Virus record (IMG/VR): IMGVR_UViG_3300033068_001957
Coordinates: 32,001 to 96,000 of that record
DNA: 64,000 nt
Source of the DNA: a virus
Taxonomy: Duplodnaviria; Caudoviricetes
Strand: one strand, 5' to 3'
A model generated the notes under the pieces. The model did no database searches. It was not told the DNA's origin and saw nothing but the letters and a program-made list of their open reading frames with translations. The position numbers were made by a program, and so were the translations under genes. This document shows, one piece after another, positions 1 to 9,731 of the stretch (its first letter is position 1; every line of letters starts with the position of its first letter).

Positions 1-522
1 AGCCGATAAGCTAGCCTTTACTTTCCTATCTCTATGGTTCAACCAGCAATACTGCCACGCCAGTAAATCATCTCGCGGAGGAGATTTTGCGCCCGCTTGA
101 ATAGCCCTAAATGTCGCTAAAATATCAATATGCCGATTCATCCAAGAATAATCAGTCTTGCGGCCCAAAACTTTTCTCCAATTATTGTGTAAAAAACAAT
201 CAAAACCCATTCCATTCATCGTCACAACAATATACTCTGGGTTGTATAGATAGCTTTCAAATTCACCCAGAACTTCGGCGGGATCGCGGGCTTCTCTTTC
301 GTATGTTTGCCTGTTAAAATGATTGAGCATGGCGATTTCTGGCTCAATCTCGTATGAAGGCCACCAGATTTTGCGTTCGAATTCGTTGATTATGTTTTTA
401 CCCTTAGCTGTAGCAAATGCGATTTGCCATGGAAGGGTGGTAATCAAATTGAGCGCGTTTGATTCGCAATCCCAAATTAAATATTTTTGGTTGAAATTAT
501 ATCTCAGCAAATCTTCAACCAT
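1..522 (-). CDS. DnaQ/DEDD-like 3'-5' exonuclease (Pol III epsilon-like), truncated by window edge
   Basis: Not in the ORF track. Read manually from ATG at 522: MVEDLLRYNFNQKYLIWDCESNALNL..PWQIAF..MNGMGFDCF..HIDILA (ExoI DxE and ExoII NxxxFD motifs); open to position 1. Confidence 0.75.
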   Translation of the reverse strand, partial: MVEDLLRYNFNQKYLIWDCESNALNLITTLPWQIAFATAKGKNIINEFERKIWWPSYEIEPEIAMLNHFNRQTYEREARDPAEVLGEFESYLYNPEYIVVTMNGMGFDCFLHNNWRKVLGRKTDYSWMNRHIDILATFRAIQAGAKSPPRDDLLAWQYCWLNHRDRKVKASLSA

Positions 523-524
523 AA

Positions 525-734
525 TTATTTGATTGTTAGTGGCCGAACGCAATGATAATAAGCTCGATGGGTTGCATCCCCACATGATCCGCCGAGTCTT
601 TTTGCTTCATTTTCTGCCTCTTCTTTATCTGCGTAAATATTAATTTCGCGCTCGAAGTCTCCCGAACTATCATCCCAGTCTGGATGACTTGAAACTATTT
701 TGAGTAGTCTGTATAATTGTTTTTCTTTATTCAT
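525..734 (-). CDS. hypothetical protein
   Basis: Tightly packed between neighbouring genes of the same operon. Confidence 0.6.
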   Translation of the reverse strand: MNKEKQLYRLLKIVSSHPDWDDSSGDFEREINIYADKEEAENEAKRLGGSCGDATHRAYYHCVRPLTIK

Positions 735-923
735 AGAATTTTATTTTCGGGCGTCACTATTCTAATCCATTTTTCCCTGACCGTCCACACTAAACTACTT
801 GCCAACAAACACGCATCTTCTAAAGAATCTACGTAGTCATGATCCATCCAGACTCCACATTCCAAGAGATCCGCTCCCCAAGGTTGTTTGCATTGATTCA
901 TGTCGGAACATCCGTCGCAAAGT

Positions 924-1703
924 TCAGGTATTAGAATTTGAATTTTCCATCTTTTCGACATAACATTCCCAACTAAAATTATCACTACCAAATCCATCAA
1001 GCTCTGGTCTGTCTAAGGTTTGAGCCTTGCCGCCTTTTCTATTTGTTAGAATCTTGAGAACCTGCATTGATTCGACATCGGAAGATTTTTCATAATATAC
1101 ATGATGAGTTTCTTCGACACCATAGCCGTTATCACGGGCAAAAGCAAGCGCTTTCTCTCTTAGAATATCATCAAATGGCAACCCATGATCTGCCACCCAA
1201 ATAATCGGGCGGCAAAAACTTAACTCGGGTAAACATTTTTTACCGTAAAACGCATTCTTGTGGATAAACGAATCGTAGAATTGAATAACTACCAATAGAT
1301 CGTCAACATACTTCTCTTTCAATAGCTGATAATCGAGAAACCCGCCGCATTTTGTTTGAACGTGCGAGTATAATTTCATCAACGCCTTGCATCCTTCGCT
1401 ATTTTTGGCGAAAATAGAAATCTTATGGGCAGATTCTACGCGAACTTTTTCTTCGTCCAACCTATTGTTGCAGATGTCGAAGCGAATGCCGTAAATTAAT
1501 TGGCAATCAAGTTTGTCTAGAACCTCGGATGCTTTTTTGAAGCAAATGAAATTGTCCTCTAGGAGAAGCAACGTCTTTAAGTTGTTATTCTTGACTATGG
1601 ACAGAATCGAGGGCGCGGATTCTGGTTTTGTTTTTTCGGGGGATTCGAATGTAAAAATCGACCTCCCGATTGAAAAGCTCGAAGAGAAGACAGCGTGGAT
1701 CAT
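924..1703 (-). CDS. stand-alone PHP domain resembling the DnaE (Pol III alpha) N-terminus
   Basis: SSFSIGRS, LIYGIRF, IFAKNSEGCKALMKLYS and THHVYY match the DnaE-PHP pattern; the N-terminal metal-binding His residues are missing. Confidence 0.7.
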   Translation of the reverse strand: MIHAVFSSSFSIGRSIFTFESPEKTKPESAPSILSIVKNNNLKTLLLLEDNFICFKKASEVLDKLDCQLIYGIRFDICNNRLDEEKVRVESAHKISIFAKNSEGCKALMKLYSHVQTKCGGFLDYQLLKEKYVDDLLVVIQFYDSFIHKNAFYGKKCLPELSFCRPIIWVADHGLPFDDILREKALAFARDNGYGVEETHHVYYEKSSDVESMQVLKILTNRKGGKAQTLDRPELDGFGSDNFSWECYVEKMENSNSNT

Positions 1704-1733
1704 TGATTAACTTTACCTCAGAAATTTGATCTG

Positions 1734-2915
1734 TCAATCTTTATTGCCCATTTTCTGAATCTCTTCTCTGTATGCGGCGAAATCTATTAGTTCTAAAACA
1801 TGATGTTTCCAGCGATCCTCAAAAATATATACGTCCAACCCCTCGATAGTCCATCCGTGTTTCTTCAAAATCGAGGCATAAAAGCTCAACTGCAACGCAT
1901 ACTTCGTTAGTTTATTCGCGGGAAGATGAGAAAATGGGTGCTTGGGCTTGCTATGGGATTCTTCTTTTTCGGCCCCAATGTTTACCTTGTAGTCTTGGAT
2001 TCGGGCAATCTTTTTTTCTTTGTCCAGAATGGCTAGGCGGTCAATTAATCCGCCCCAGCCTGTAGCAGAATCGGTGACAAGGGCTTCGGCTACTACTTCT
2101 TGGACTTTGTATTTTTTGTCTAGTTTATTTGTTAAACGATTGAGGGATTCGATAGTTTTCTTCAAGAACGGATGTTTGGGCATGGCGTAATTGCCGTTAA
2201 CATCTTTTCCTGATTTTTTTCTTGTTTCAGTAATGGTGTGACCAATATGTCTGAAATTAATGTAATGCTCTAGGGCTAAGTGTATGGCTGTACCAAGTAG
2301 CCCCGCTACAGAGCCATTTGAGGCCCACATTTCTTCAATATCTGTTGCGCTGACTCCCCAATATTTTGCACATTGGCGGGCGATTTTGGGCGCATCAAAT
2401 GGATCATAGAATCTTTTGATATAAGTCGTGCCGCCCTTTAAAACTTTCGTTTTGCCGTTCCAACGCATGTTGTAAATATGCTTGGTATCATTAAAGTCAA
2501 CAATAACGTCTGGCTCCGAAAATGAGTGTTTTGTAATGATTTTGTCGTATTCAGATTCATCTTTAATTGGAATCTCAAACTTGACATAAATACCAACCAA
2601 CTCGCAACCCTCGGAATATTCGAAGGTAGTTTCGCCGTCTTTCTTGTACCAGACTTGATCTATTTTGGCCGAAACAGAATCAAGATGATCGCTGCACCAT
2701 GATTGGACGCTAAATTCCAGTCCTTCTTTTTTTCGCGGGACGTAGCCGATTTTCATCCCATTGTATTCCAAGCGAACGGCCTTGGGGTCAAATGCATTTT
2801 CTGGCTCGGGAATAACAGAAAGATTTTCGCCCTCTTTTAGTTCGGAAGTTTTCAGAACGGGGTTATCTTTTAAGGCAAAAGAAATGCCCGCTACGCTAGC
2901 AGTGATTTTATTCAT
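1734..2915 (-). CDS. HIRAN domain + PD-(D/E)XK exonuclease fusion
   Basis: N-terminal VAGISF..PEPENAFDPKAV..KIGYVPR (HIRAN); C-terminal GTAIH, GLIDRL, IQDYK, QLSFYA (RecB-family nuclease). Confidence 0.8.
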   Translation of the reverse strand: MNKITASVAGISFALKDNPVLKTSELKEGENLSVIPEPENAFDPKAVRLEYNGMKIGYVPRKKEGLEFSVQSWCSDHLDSVSAKIDQVWYKKDGETTFEYSEGCELVGIYVKFEIPIKDESEYDKIITKHSFSEPDVIVDFNDTKHIYNMRWNGKTKVLKGGTTYIKRFYDPFDAPKIARQCAKYWGVSATDIEEMWASNGSVAGLLGTAIHLALEHYINFRHIGHTITETRKKSGKDVNGNYAMPKHPFLKKTIESLNRLTNKLDKKYKVQEVVAEALVTDSATGWGGLIDRLAILDKEKKIARIQDYKVNIGAEKEESHSKPKHPFSHLPANKLTKYALQLSFYASILKKHGWTIEGLDVYIFEDRWKHHVLELIDFAAYREEIQKMGNKD

Positions 2916-3093
2916 TAATTATAAGCGGAAAATAAATTGCGATTTGGTCCGTCTTCTAAATTTATCGTTAGTGTAAATCGCCTATCCATAGGGTTCTTTG
3001 CCAACTCATCATCAAAAGATAGGTCTATATGAAACATAACCATATCATCAGCCACGCCAGCGTCTTCTATTTGGTCCTTAATTTCTTTCCAAG

Positions 3094-3495
3094 TCATGGG
3101 CGCAAATCTCTAACCGATTCGTCCAACAAATATCTACACTCTTCATTCTTCCAATCAAAGATATGGCCAATCACTTCAACATCTTCGGCCAAAAAACTTT
3201 CGCCACCGACTTTTCCAATTTCTTCGGGCGTCTTAAAGAGACGATAACCCAAAGCTCTTGGGTTCCAACCTACGATTTTCTTTTGGCGGGTTGTATAAGA
3301 ATCAAAAGGATCTTCTGTATCCCATAAAACAACATCATTTTCCCAAATATTTTTACCTTCTTTATCTTGGACTCCAGTGAATTGCATAGGTTCTAAACCG
3401 TCTGCGCCGTCTAAAAGATAGCCATAATCTTCCTCGTTAAGGTATTCCATCATGTTAGAATGGAAGGAATAAGCTCTAAATTTATAACGACTCAT
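3094..3495 (-). CDS. YopX family protein
   Basis: YKFRAY..MQFTGVQDKEGKNIWENDVV..EVIGHIFD. Confidence 0.85.
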   Translation of the reverse strand: MSRYKFRAYSFHSNMMEYLNEEDYGYLLDGADGLEPMQFTGVQDKEGKNIWENDVVLWDTEDPFDSYTTRQKKIVGWNPRALGYRLFKTPEEIGKVGGESFLAEDVEVIGHIFDWKNEECRYLLDESVRDLRP

Positions 3496-4552
3496 ATTTC
3501 TTAAGGAATTTAGCTAGTTTATCGGCCTGAAATTTTTCGCGGTGCAAGTTAATTGTTTCTAGAATTTCAGATTTCGGCAGTATAGCACCATTCTTACTCC
3601 AGTCAACTATATTTTTGTTTTCTTTTTGCATATCGCCCAAGTCATTTAGCGTAGGAAGTTTAATTCTCAGCATTTCTACGGGGAAAACCGAAGATAATTT
3701 AATCATGTTTTTAATGGCGGCGATTTTGCCAGTATTTTGTTCCTTTGATGAATCATTATTAGTGGAAATAGTAATCATCGACGGATCAATGCTTAACAGA
3801 AATGCCAGCAGTTTCGCCGAACAGTCTAGGCCAAAGTTTACCAAGTGATTAAATATCTTGTTTTCACATAAGGCCATGCTATCGCCAATACTCTCCACTA
3901 GAATAACTTCTGGAGCATCGACAAAATACTCCTTACACTGGCTGATTGTATAGTAAGGAAAAACAAACGTATCCTTGCGGCCAATGTGTTTCCATTTTGG
4001 GGTGTTGGGTTTGTCTTCATGGTAAATGTGCCGTCCTGAGAAGCCAATGATTTGTTCGTGTTCGTCAAAGATCGGAAACGTCATACGCTGAAACATCTGA
4101 TCTTTGGTTGCGTAGCCCATCTTATACATCTTCTGAGTAGTGGCGGAAATCCCGCGTTTCTCGTAGAATGAGTAATTTGGCAGCAATCTTTCCAAACAGG
4201 CTTTGTCGTAAGTTTTGGGCATGAGGTATTTGGCTTTTGGGGTGGCGATATATTCTCGCCGTTCTGCGTTGATTAGGGATAGTATGTTTTGCCGATTCTG
4301 AGTCCCGAGAGTTTTTGCCACTAAATCATAAAGAGAAAATCCTTTTTTATCTTCGCCGAAATCAACTGTCCAGCCCGAGTTTTTCCATACTTTGAGGGCG
4401 TTAAAAGTATCGCCGCCTCTGTAAATGGCTCTCGTTCTAACGAAATCGCCGCAATCCTGAATGGGGTATCCAAGATTAGATAAGATTTCAACTACCTTAC
4501 CTGACTCATAATGTTGGAATTTTTTCGGCCCATCAGAAGGAGTCGGGTTCAT
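3482..4552 (-). CDS. DNA primase (Toprim)
   Basis: RMTFPIFD..IIGFSGR, PKWKH, ILVESIGDSMAL; adjacent to the helicase. Confidence 0.85.
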   Translation of the reverse strand: MNPTPSDGPKKFQHYESGKVVEILSNLGYPIQDCGDFVRTRAIYRGGDTFNALKVWKNSGWTVDFGEDKKGFSLYDLVAKTLGTQNRQNILSLINAERREYIATPKAKYLMPKTYDKACLERLLPNYSFYEKRGISATTQKMYKMGYATKDQMFQRMTFPIFDEHEQIIGFSGRHIYHEDKPNTPKWKHIGRKDTFVFPYYTISQCKEYFVDAPEVILVESIGDSMALCENKIFNHLVNFGLDCSAKLLAFLLSIDPSMITISTNNDSSKEQNTGKIAAIKNMIKLSSVFPVEMLRIKLPTLNDLGDMQKENKNIVDWSKNGAILPKSEILETINLHREKFQADKLAKFLKKYESL

Positions 4553-6041
4553 GATGTGATGAAGATTTTTCTAGGGCGGGATTGATATTTTTTCGATTAG
4601 CAAGATCGCGCAAGTCTCCCCGTTCCTCGATTTGGAAATTTTTGAATGAGAGGAAAATGCAGTTTTTTTCTAAATTGTCTCCCATTTTAACTGGCTCCAA
4701 TTCCCCAGCTACATCTTCCCCCAAGTGTCGGGCGGCGAAACAAATAAATTTGTGTGTTCCAAATTCTTCGCCGTCTTCTAGGATTTCGTCTAACGTCTTT
4801 TTGCGTAGAAGAAACATATGAGAACAATATTGAATAATACGGTCTGACAAACTTACAACGCTTTCATCGTCAACGATGTGCTCTTTCTTTTTATTTGTTA
4901 CAATGCCAGCGCGATTACTCTGAACGCTGGTGAATAGGCTTACCATCGGCTTTCCATCGAAAAGAATTTCTTTAGCGATTAGCTTCTTAAATTTATTGAC
5001 GATTTCTCCAATTACCTGCCATTCCGTTGACTGTCCATTAGGAAGTCCTGGGGGTTTAAGATAGTCAAATGAGATAATCATTTCCTTACCCCTGCCGACC
5101 TTGCTATAATAGAATCTTTTTGTATAAGAAACCATTTCATCGGCGCTCATTCCTCCGACACAATAATAGAAGAATTTAAGCTTTTTAATTCTGGGCCAAA
5201 CAGAGCGAACCTTAGCTACAGTTTCGGGTCCAGCATTTCGCCATTTCCCCGTTTCCAAAAGAAAGAGAGGAACGCCAGAAAGTGCGGCGGCTTGGCGGAA
5301 AATCAACTCTTCCTCGCTCATTTCCCCGTTATCAAGATGAAGAACGGTAATATCATATTTATCTGCTACATAAGTAGTGTATTTCATTGCTAGAGAGCTT
5401 TTCCCGCCCTTAGCTCTAGCACACACCACTGTTGCGTTTCCTGGCCTTACCAACGAACCATAGATTTTATTGACGGTAGGGAACGGCCCAAGCATTCCAA
5501 AATCAGTAATTGGATTATTCCCGCGTTCTTCGATTACTTCTTCCATCCTTTCGTAGATGTTGGAAGCGATAGCATCTCCACTATCGAATAGGTTCATTTG
5601 GCTGTTTACCTCTTTATCCACCATCTCTTCAAGATCGGAAAGAGAGGCGGAACGATCTGCGGCCTTAAGCTTCTGTCCCGCACGTTCCATTGCTTCCAGC
5701 AATTTGCGCCGCAAACTAAGCTTCTTTAGCTCAATGGCGGTTTTATACACGGCGTCCTCTGGAACCTTCCTAAGAGCCAAGGATTCAACGAATTCGCCCA
5801 CTGGTACTTCTTCGTCAAACTTAACTCCAATAGATTCAAGACGTTGGGCAAGAATGGTGGCGTTAATGTTTTCGCCCTTCTCTACTGCTTGCTTTAGAAG
5901 GCTAAAAATTGATCGCCGCAAAAGACTGTCTTCCGCGTAAATATCAGCCTCCGAAAAGAACGATTGAATCTTTAAATACTCATCTGGCTTGCGTAGAAGT
6001 CCAGAGAGAAGATGGTATTCTAGTTTTTGGTCGAAAATCAT
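4533..6041 (-). CDS. dnaB: replicative DnaB-like helicase
   Basis: DnaB N-terminal domain, Walker A ARAKGGKS, GEMS, FDYLK, QSNR. Confidence 0.9.
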   Translation of the reverse strand: MIFDQKLEYHLLSGLLRKPDEYLKIQSFFSEADIYAEDSLLRRSIFSLLKQAVEKGENINATILAQRLESIGVKFDEEVPVGEFVESLALRKVPEDAVYKTAIELKKLSLRRKLLEAMERAGQKLKAADRSASLSDLEEMVDKEVNSQMNLFDSGDAIASNIYERMEEVIEERGNNPITDFGMLGPFPTVNKIYGSLVRPGNATVVCARAKGGKSSLAMKYTTYVADKYDITVLHLDNGEMSEEELIFRQAAALSGVPLFLLETGKWRNAGPETVAKVRSVWPRIKKLKFFYYCVGGMSADEMVSYTKRFYYSKVGRGKEMIISFDYLKPPGLPNGQSTEWQVIGEIVNKFKKLIAKEILFDGKPMVSLFTSVQSNRAGIVTNKKKEHIVDDESVVSLSDRIIQYCSHMFLLRKKTLDEILEDGEEFGTHKFICFAARHLGEDVAGELEPVKMGDNLEKNCIFLSFKNFQIEERGDLRDLANRKNINPALEKSSSHHEPDSF

Positions 6042-6044
6042 AGT

Positions 6045-6284
6045 TTATTCGCTTAAATCAAATCCTTCGCCGCCAATACTTTCTTGTTCGTCCATTGCCC
6101 GCAGAAATGTTTCCGCCCTTTTCCGTAACGCCGAAAGCGTTACATCGTTTTGTCGGGTGACAACTTGCCGCACATTTGCATCTGCGTCAATGTAAAAAAG
6201 CATAAACCCTTTGTTGTTTTTGCCGTCACCAGTGAGTTCATATAGCTTCTCAAGAAAAGATTTGGGAATTGTAAATTTTGGCAT
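6045..6284 (-). CDS. hypothetical protein
   Basis: Preceded by the CGTTAATAT promoter-like motif. Confidence 0.7.
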   Translation of the reverse strand: MPKFTIPKSFLEKLYELTGDGKNNKGFMLFYIDADANVRQVVTRQNDVTLSALRKRAETFLRAMDEQESIGGEGFDLSE

Positions 6285-6320
6285 GCACTATATTAACGAA
6301 CGCAAGGTTAGGATTCTTGC

Positions 6321-6731
6321 TCACAATTCTATGCCTTTGCTTAAAAAGTACTCGTAGGTTAGCTCTTTTTCAGAATTGATCCTAATGAGAGAATAATTAT
6401 TGATTTCGGCCCAATCTTCCTTTTTTAAGTCTCTTTTTACTTGACCAAGAAATTTTGAAACCCTTGATCCGTGAAAATGCTCGATATACCGATGATGCAT
6501 TGCGCCGTCAAATTCAATGCATATCTTTTTGGTATAGTTTACAATATCAAATGTCATGCGACTGCCGACTAGAGGCATTTCCTCTAAGATGCAGTCGTGT
6601 TGCCAATAAGGGTAAAGAAACTTCTTTAATGCAGTCTGGCCCTTGCTTCGAGTCCCACCGCACCAATCAACTAGATAGCGGCGGTAATTTTTTAGATTTT
6701 TTTCGCGCCCATTTAAATCAAAGAATTTCAT
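6321..6731 (-). CDS. Vsr/DUF559-like endonuclease
   Basis: FDIV..ICIEFDGAMH..RDLKKEDWA..LIRI. Confidence 0.75.
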   Translation of the reverse strand: MKFFDLNGREKNLKNYRRYLVDWCGGTRSKGQTALKKFLYPYWQHDCILEEMPLVGSRMTFDIVNYTKKICIEFDGAMHHRYIEHFHGSRVSKFLGQVKRDLKKEDWAEINNYSLIRINSEKELTYEYFLSKGIEL

Positions 6732-7941
6732 CTGTTTCGACAGTATTTGGGATATCGAAGGTTTCTAGACCAATTATTTTCTTAAAGTGATTAAATAAAA
6801 AGTTTTTGACGCTCTCATTTGCTTCAATTTGTCTATAAACTTCTGGTAAACCGTGCATTTTATCGGGTAAAATACCACCGAGTCCTGCCTCATTCAGCAA
6901 CTCAATCATGTCTTCGCTCTGTTTAAACCAAGAACTACTATCGTCTAGTAATTCATAAGAAATAAGCATGTCAACTATTTCTTTCTCGATCCAGATGCTT
7001 TTACCGCCAGTTCGGCCATAACAAATTGGATAGCGCAGAGTAAGATTTGTTTTCTCGTTGGGAGATTTCTTAATCATTACCTTTGCCCAATGCCCTAGAG
7101 CGGGGTTTTTATCGGCATCAATTTTTTTATTTTTGGGGTCTTTTAAAATAAGATCGTCTGCATTGGGAAAGCGCGGAAGAAATTCGAGAATCCAATTTGC
7201 AAAGTGTAGAAGAGCATTTCCTCCTGTTGCAGATGTTTGTCGAATCGGAGCCTTTGAATAAGGGTCAAGTTTAATATCCGCTCTTACTTGAGACACAAAA
7301 ATCGCCATATGCCCACGCTTTGCTAAGGCAATAGACATCCTTTTCATAAAGTTAGCCGCAATTACTGCTCCGCCAGCAACCTTGTTGCTATCCTCAAAGG
7401 ACTTTTCTTCGTCATTCTTGCTAAGAAGTCCGTCAACAGAGTCAAGAATAAAACAATACTTGGTCTTCTCTGGATTATTGATTACAAGTTGGCGCATCGC
7501 ATCAACACATGTTTCATAGATATTACTTTCGAAAACAAATGACGTTCCATTTTCCCATTCTTCGGCAGAAAAAACAAAATTTATGCCACTCCGATCTTTC
7601 ATATCGGGAGAAAGGCGACCTTCCGCTTTAATATAGAAGCCTTTAGAATTCGGAATTGTTAAGAGGAAGTTCTTCATCACCTCCAATGCTTCTGATGTTT
7701 TTCCGCCCTCATTAATTCCACAAAAACGGTGAAGCCCAGGGTTTAGTCCGCCATCCATTTGCGAATCTAAAAGGAGAGAGCCTGTTGATACTTTGTAATA
7801 GAAGTCTTCTTCAAAGTTGTAGTGGTCTGTCTTGTTGTCTTTGAGAAATTTACCTAGAAGCTCTTTCGAGCCTTGGGGAATTTTTTTAGAGGAAGTTTCT
7901 TCATCTGTTTTTTTTGATAGGATTTTTTTGATTTGGGCCAT
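6718..7941 (-). CDS. recA: RecA/UvsX-like recombinase
   Basis: VSTGSLLLD..GG, GINEGGKTS, ILDSVDGL, SQVR, TGGNALLHFA. Confidence 0.9.
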   Translation of the reverse strand: MAQIKKILSKKTDEETSSKKIPQGSKELLGKFLKDNKTDHYNFEEDFYYKVSTGSLLLDSQMDGGLNPGLHRFCGINEGGKTSEALEVMKNFLLTIPNSKGFYIKAEGRLSPDMKDRSGINFVFSAEEWENGTSFVFESNIYETCVDAMRQLVINNPEKTKYCFILDSVDGLLSKNDEEKSFEDSNKVAGGAVIAANFMKRMSIALAKRGHMAIFVSQVRADIKLDPYSKAPIRQTSATGGNALLHFANWILEFLPRFPNADDLILKDPKNKKIDADKNPALGHWAKVMIKKSPNEKTNLTLRYPICYGRTGGKSIWIEKEIVDMLISYELLDDSSSWFKQSEDMIELLNEAGLGGILPDKMHGLPEVYRQIEANESVKNFLFNHFKKIIGLETFDIPNTVETDEIL

Positions 7942-7944
7942 AAA

Positions 7945-8319
7945 TTATTTAAGTAAATCTCTCAATGTTGGTCTTTTTTGTATCTGATAGTCTTCACCCG
8001 CCTTATCTCCTAGAATTATTTCTTCTTTTTGCGGCGGGACATAGAGATATGCGCGGTATTTCCTAGTCAATTCTAGCATCAGGTTGTCACAGAATAATAC
8101 GGCCAGACTGGCGAATTTCTTGCTGTATTTGAGTTGATTTAGGAATTCAAGAGGGAAAAGCGCCGAAAGCTTTTTGAGGATTACATATTCGCGCATCAAC
8201 CATTCTCGCAGCCCATGAGACGGTTTCTCAACAAGGCGCTCGACTAGGTGTTTTTTGTTGATTGGAGGTGGTTTGGGAAGTTTGGGCTTTTTAGGGCGGG
8301 CCATGATTAATAAAACCAC
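7945..8319 (-). CDS. hypothetical protein
   Basis: Operon packing. Confidence 0.6.
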   Translation of the reverse strand: MVLLIMARPKKPKLPKPPPINKKHLVERLVEKPSHGLREWLMREYVILKKLSALFPLEFLNQLKYSKKFASLAVLFCDNLMLELTRKYRAYLYVPPQKEEIILGDKAGEDYQIQKRPTLRDLLK

Positions 8320-8535
8320 TCGTTTTCAAGTTTTTCCAAAGTATTCCACGCCGTATCATCTCCATCAAGAGGGCTATTAGCGTGGATAGCCTCTAGAGCT
8401 TCAATGGTAGAAAGAAGTGCCCCTCGATATGTGTAAATATCGAAATCATCGTCGATAGGCTTCATCTTGCTAGAACAACGGATTTTAATTTCTTGAATTT
8501 TCATTTCCTCATTTTAGTCGAGGAATTGTTGGATG

Positions 8536-9663
8536 TCAAGGATTATTTAGATCGTTTTCCACCATCATGGATACTAGGGTGGAAAAATCAATTCGCGGTT
8601 CCCAGCCAAGCTCTTTTCTGGCTTTTGACGAATCTCCGTGCAAATAGGTCACATCCATTGGGCGGAAAAAGTCAGGATTAATTCTTACAAGATCGAACGA
8701 CTTTAACTCCGCCATTTCACAGAAATGCTCTGGCAAAGTATATCTTTCATTGATGCCTTCCCCGTCCCAAATACCCCCAGAGATTCCAGCTTTTTCAAAG
8801 GCCAGACCGATAAATTCTTTAATAGAATGAGTGTTGTTTTCTGAGAGAATATAGGGTTTAATTTTGTCGGCCCAAAAAGAAGATGGCTTTGCCTCCCTCA
8901 TAATATTAAAACCCGCCAAATCTTCTCTGAACTTTTCTTGGTTTAGAATCCTCCAAAGTCCATCTGCTACGTCACCAGCGAATTGCCATGAGCGATAGCT
9001 ATTAATATTTCCAAGCTCAATTGGTTCGAAACGTTTCACCTCCTTAATGGCCTTGGCGATTCTTGCCACACCCTTTGTAATTTTACGGGTAACAAAACGT
9101 TCTCCACGCAAAGGAGATTCGAAATTATATGTCCACGGTTGGATGGCATAAATACCAAAACTCTCTCTCCAAATATCTACATAATTGCGAGCACAAATCT
9201 TGCTGGCGGCATATGGACTACGGGGGCACAAACGGGTCGTTTCGTCTTGCGCTCCATTCGCATTTTCGAGGGTGATTGCAAATTCTTCGCTGCTTCCCAT
9301 GTTTAAAAACCTTGATTCGGGCGATAATTTCCGAATTGCCTCAAGGATATGAAGTACGCCAAGAGCGTTCGTAGAGAGGTGTTGTTGGGCAAGCGCCCAC
9401 GAATCCCAGACCGCTGAATTTGCGCCTGTGTTGAAAATGTAGTCTGGCTTATGTTTGCCGATAGATCGTTCAACTGAAATGCTATCTGTCAGATCGAGAG
9501 ATTCGATTTCAACTCCTGCTTCGTCATAGATTTTTGGCTGTTTGTCGTAGCTTTTATGGCGCGTGGTTCCAACGAGTGCAAAATCAGGGTGGTTGTCTTG
9601 GAAGTGTTTAACGAGATACTGTCCCAATTGACCATTTGCACCAATGATGAGAATTTTATTCAT
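8536..9663 (-). CDS. gmd: GDP-mannose 4,6-dehydratase-like SDR
   Basis: GANGQLG, SSEEF, PRSPYAASK, ESPLRGERFVTRKIT, FRPMDV, LGWEP. Confidence 0.88.
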   Translation of the reverse strand: MNKILIIGANGQLGQYLVKHFQDNHPDFALVGTTRHKSYDKQPKIYDEAGVEIESLDLTDSISVERSIGKHKPDYIFNTGANSAVWDSWALAQQHLSTNALGVLHILEAIRKLSPESRFLNMGSSEEFAITLENANGAQDETTRLCPRSPYAASKICARNYVDIWRESFGIYAIQPWTYNFESPLRGERFVTRKITKGVARIAKAIKEVKRFEPIELGNINSYRSWQFAGDVADGLWRILNQEKFREDLAGFNIMREAKPSSFWADKIKPYILSENNTHSIKEFIGLAFEKAGISGGIWDGEGINERYTLPEHFCEMAELKSFDLVRINPDFFRPMDVTYLHGDSSKARKELGWEPRIDFSTLVSMMVENDLNNP

Positions 9664-9731
9664 AGTTTGAATATATTAACCAATAAAGAAGATTAATTTT
9701 TGAATTGTGTGTAATTCTTACTACAATCCAA

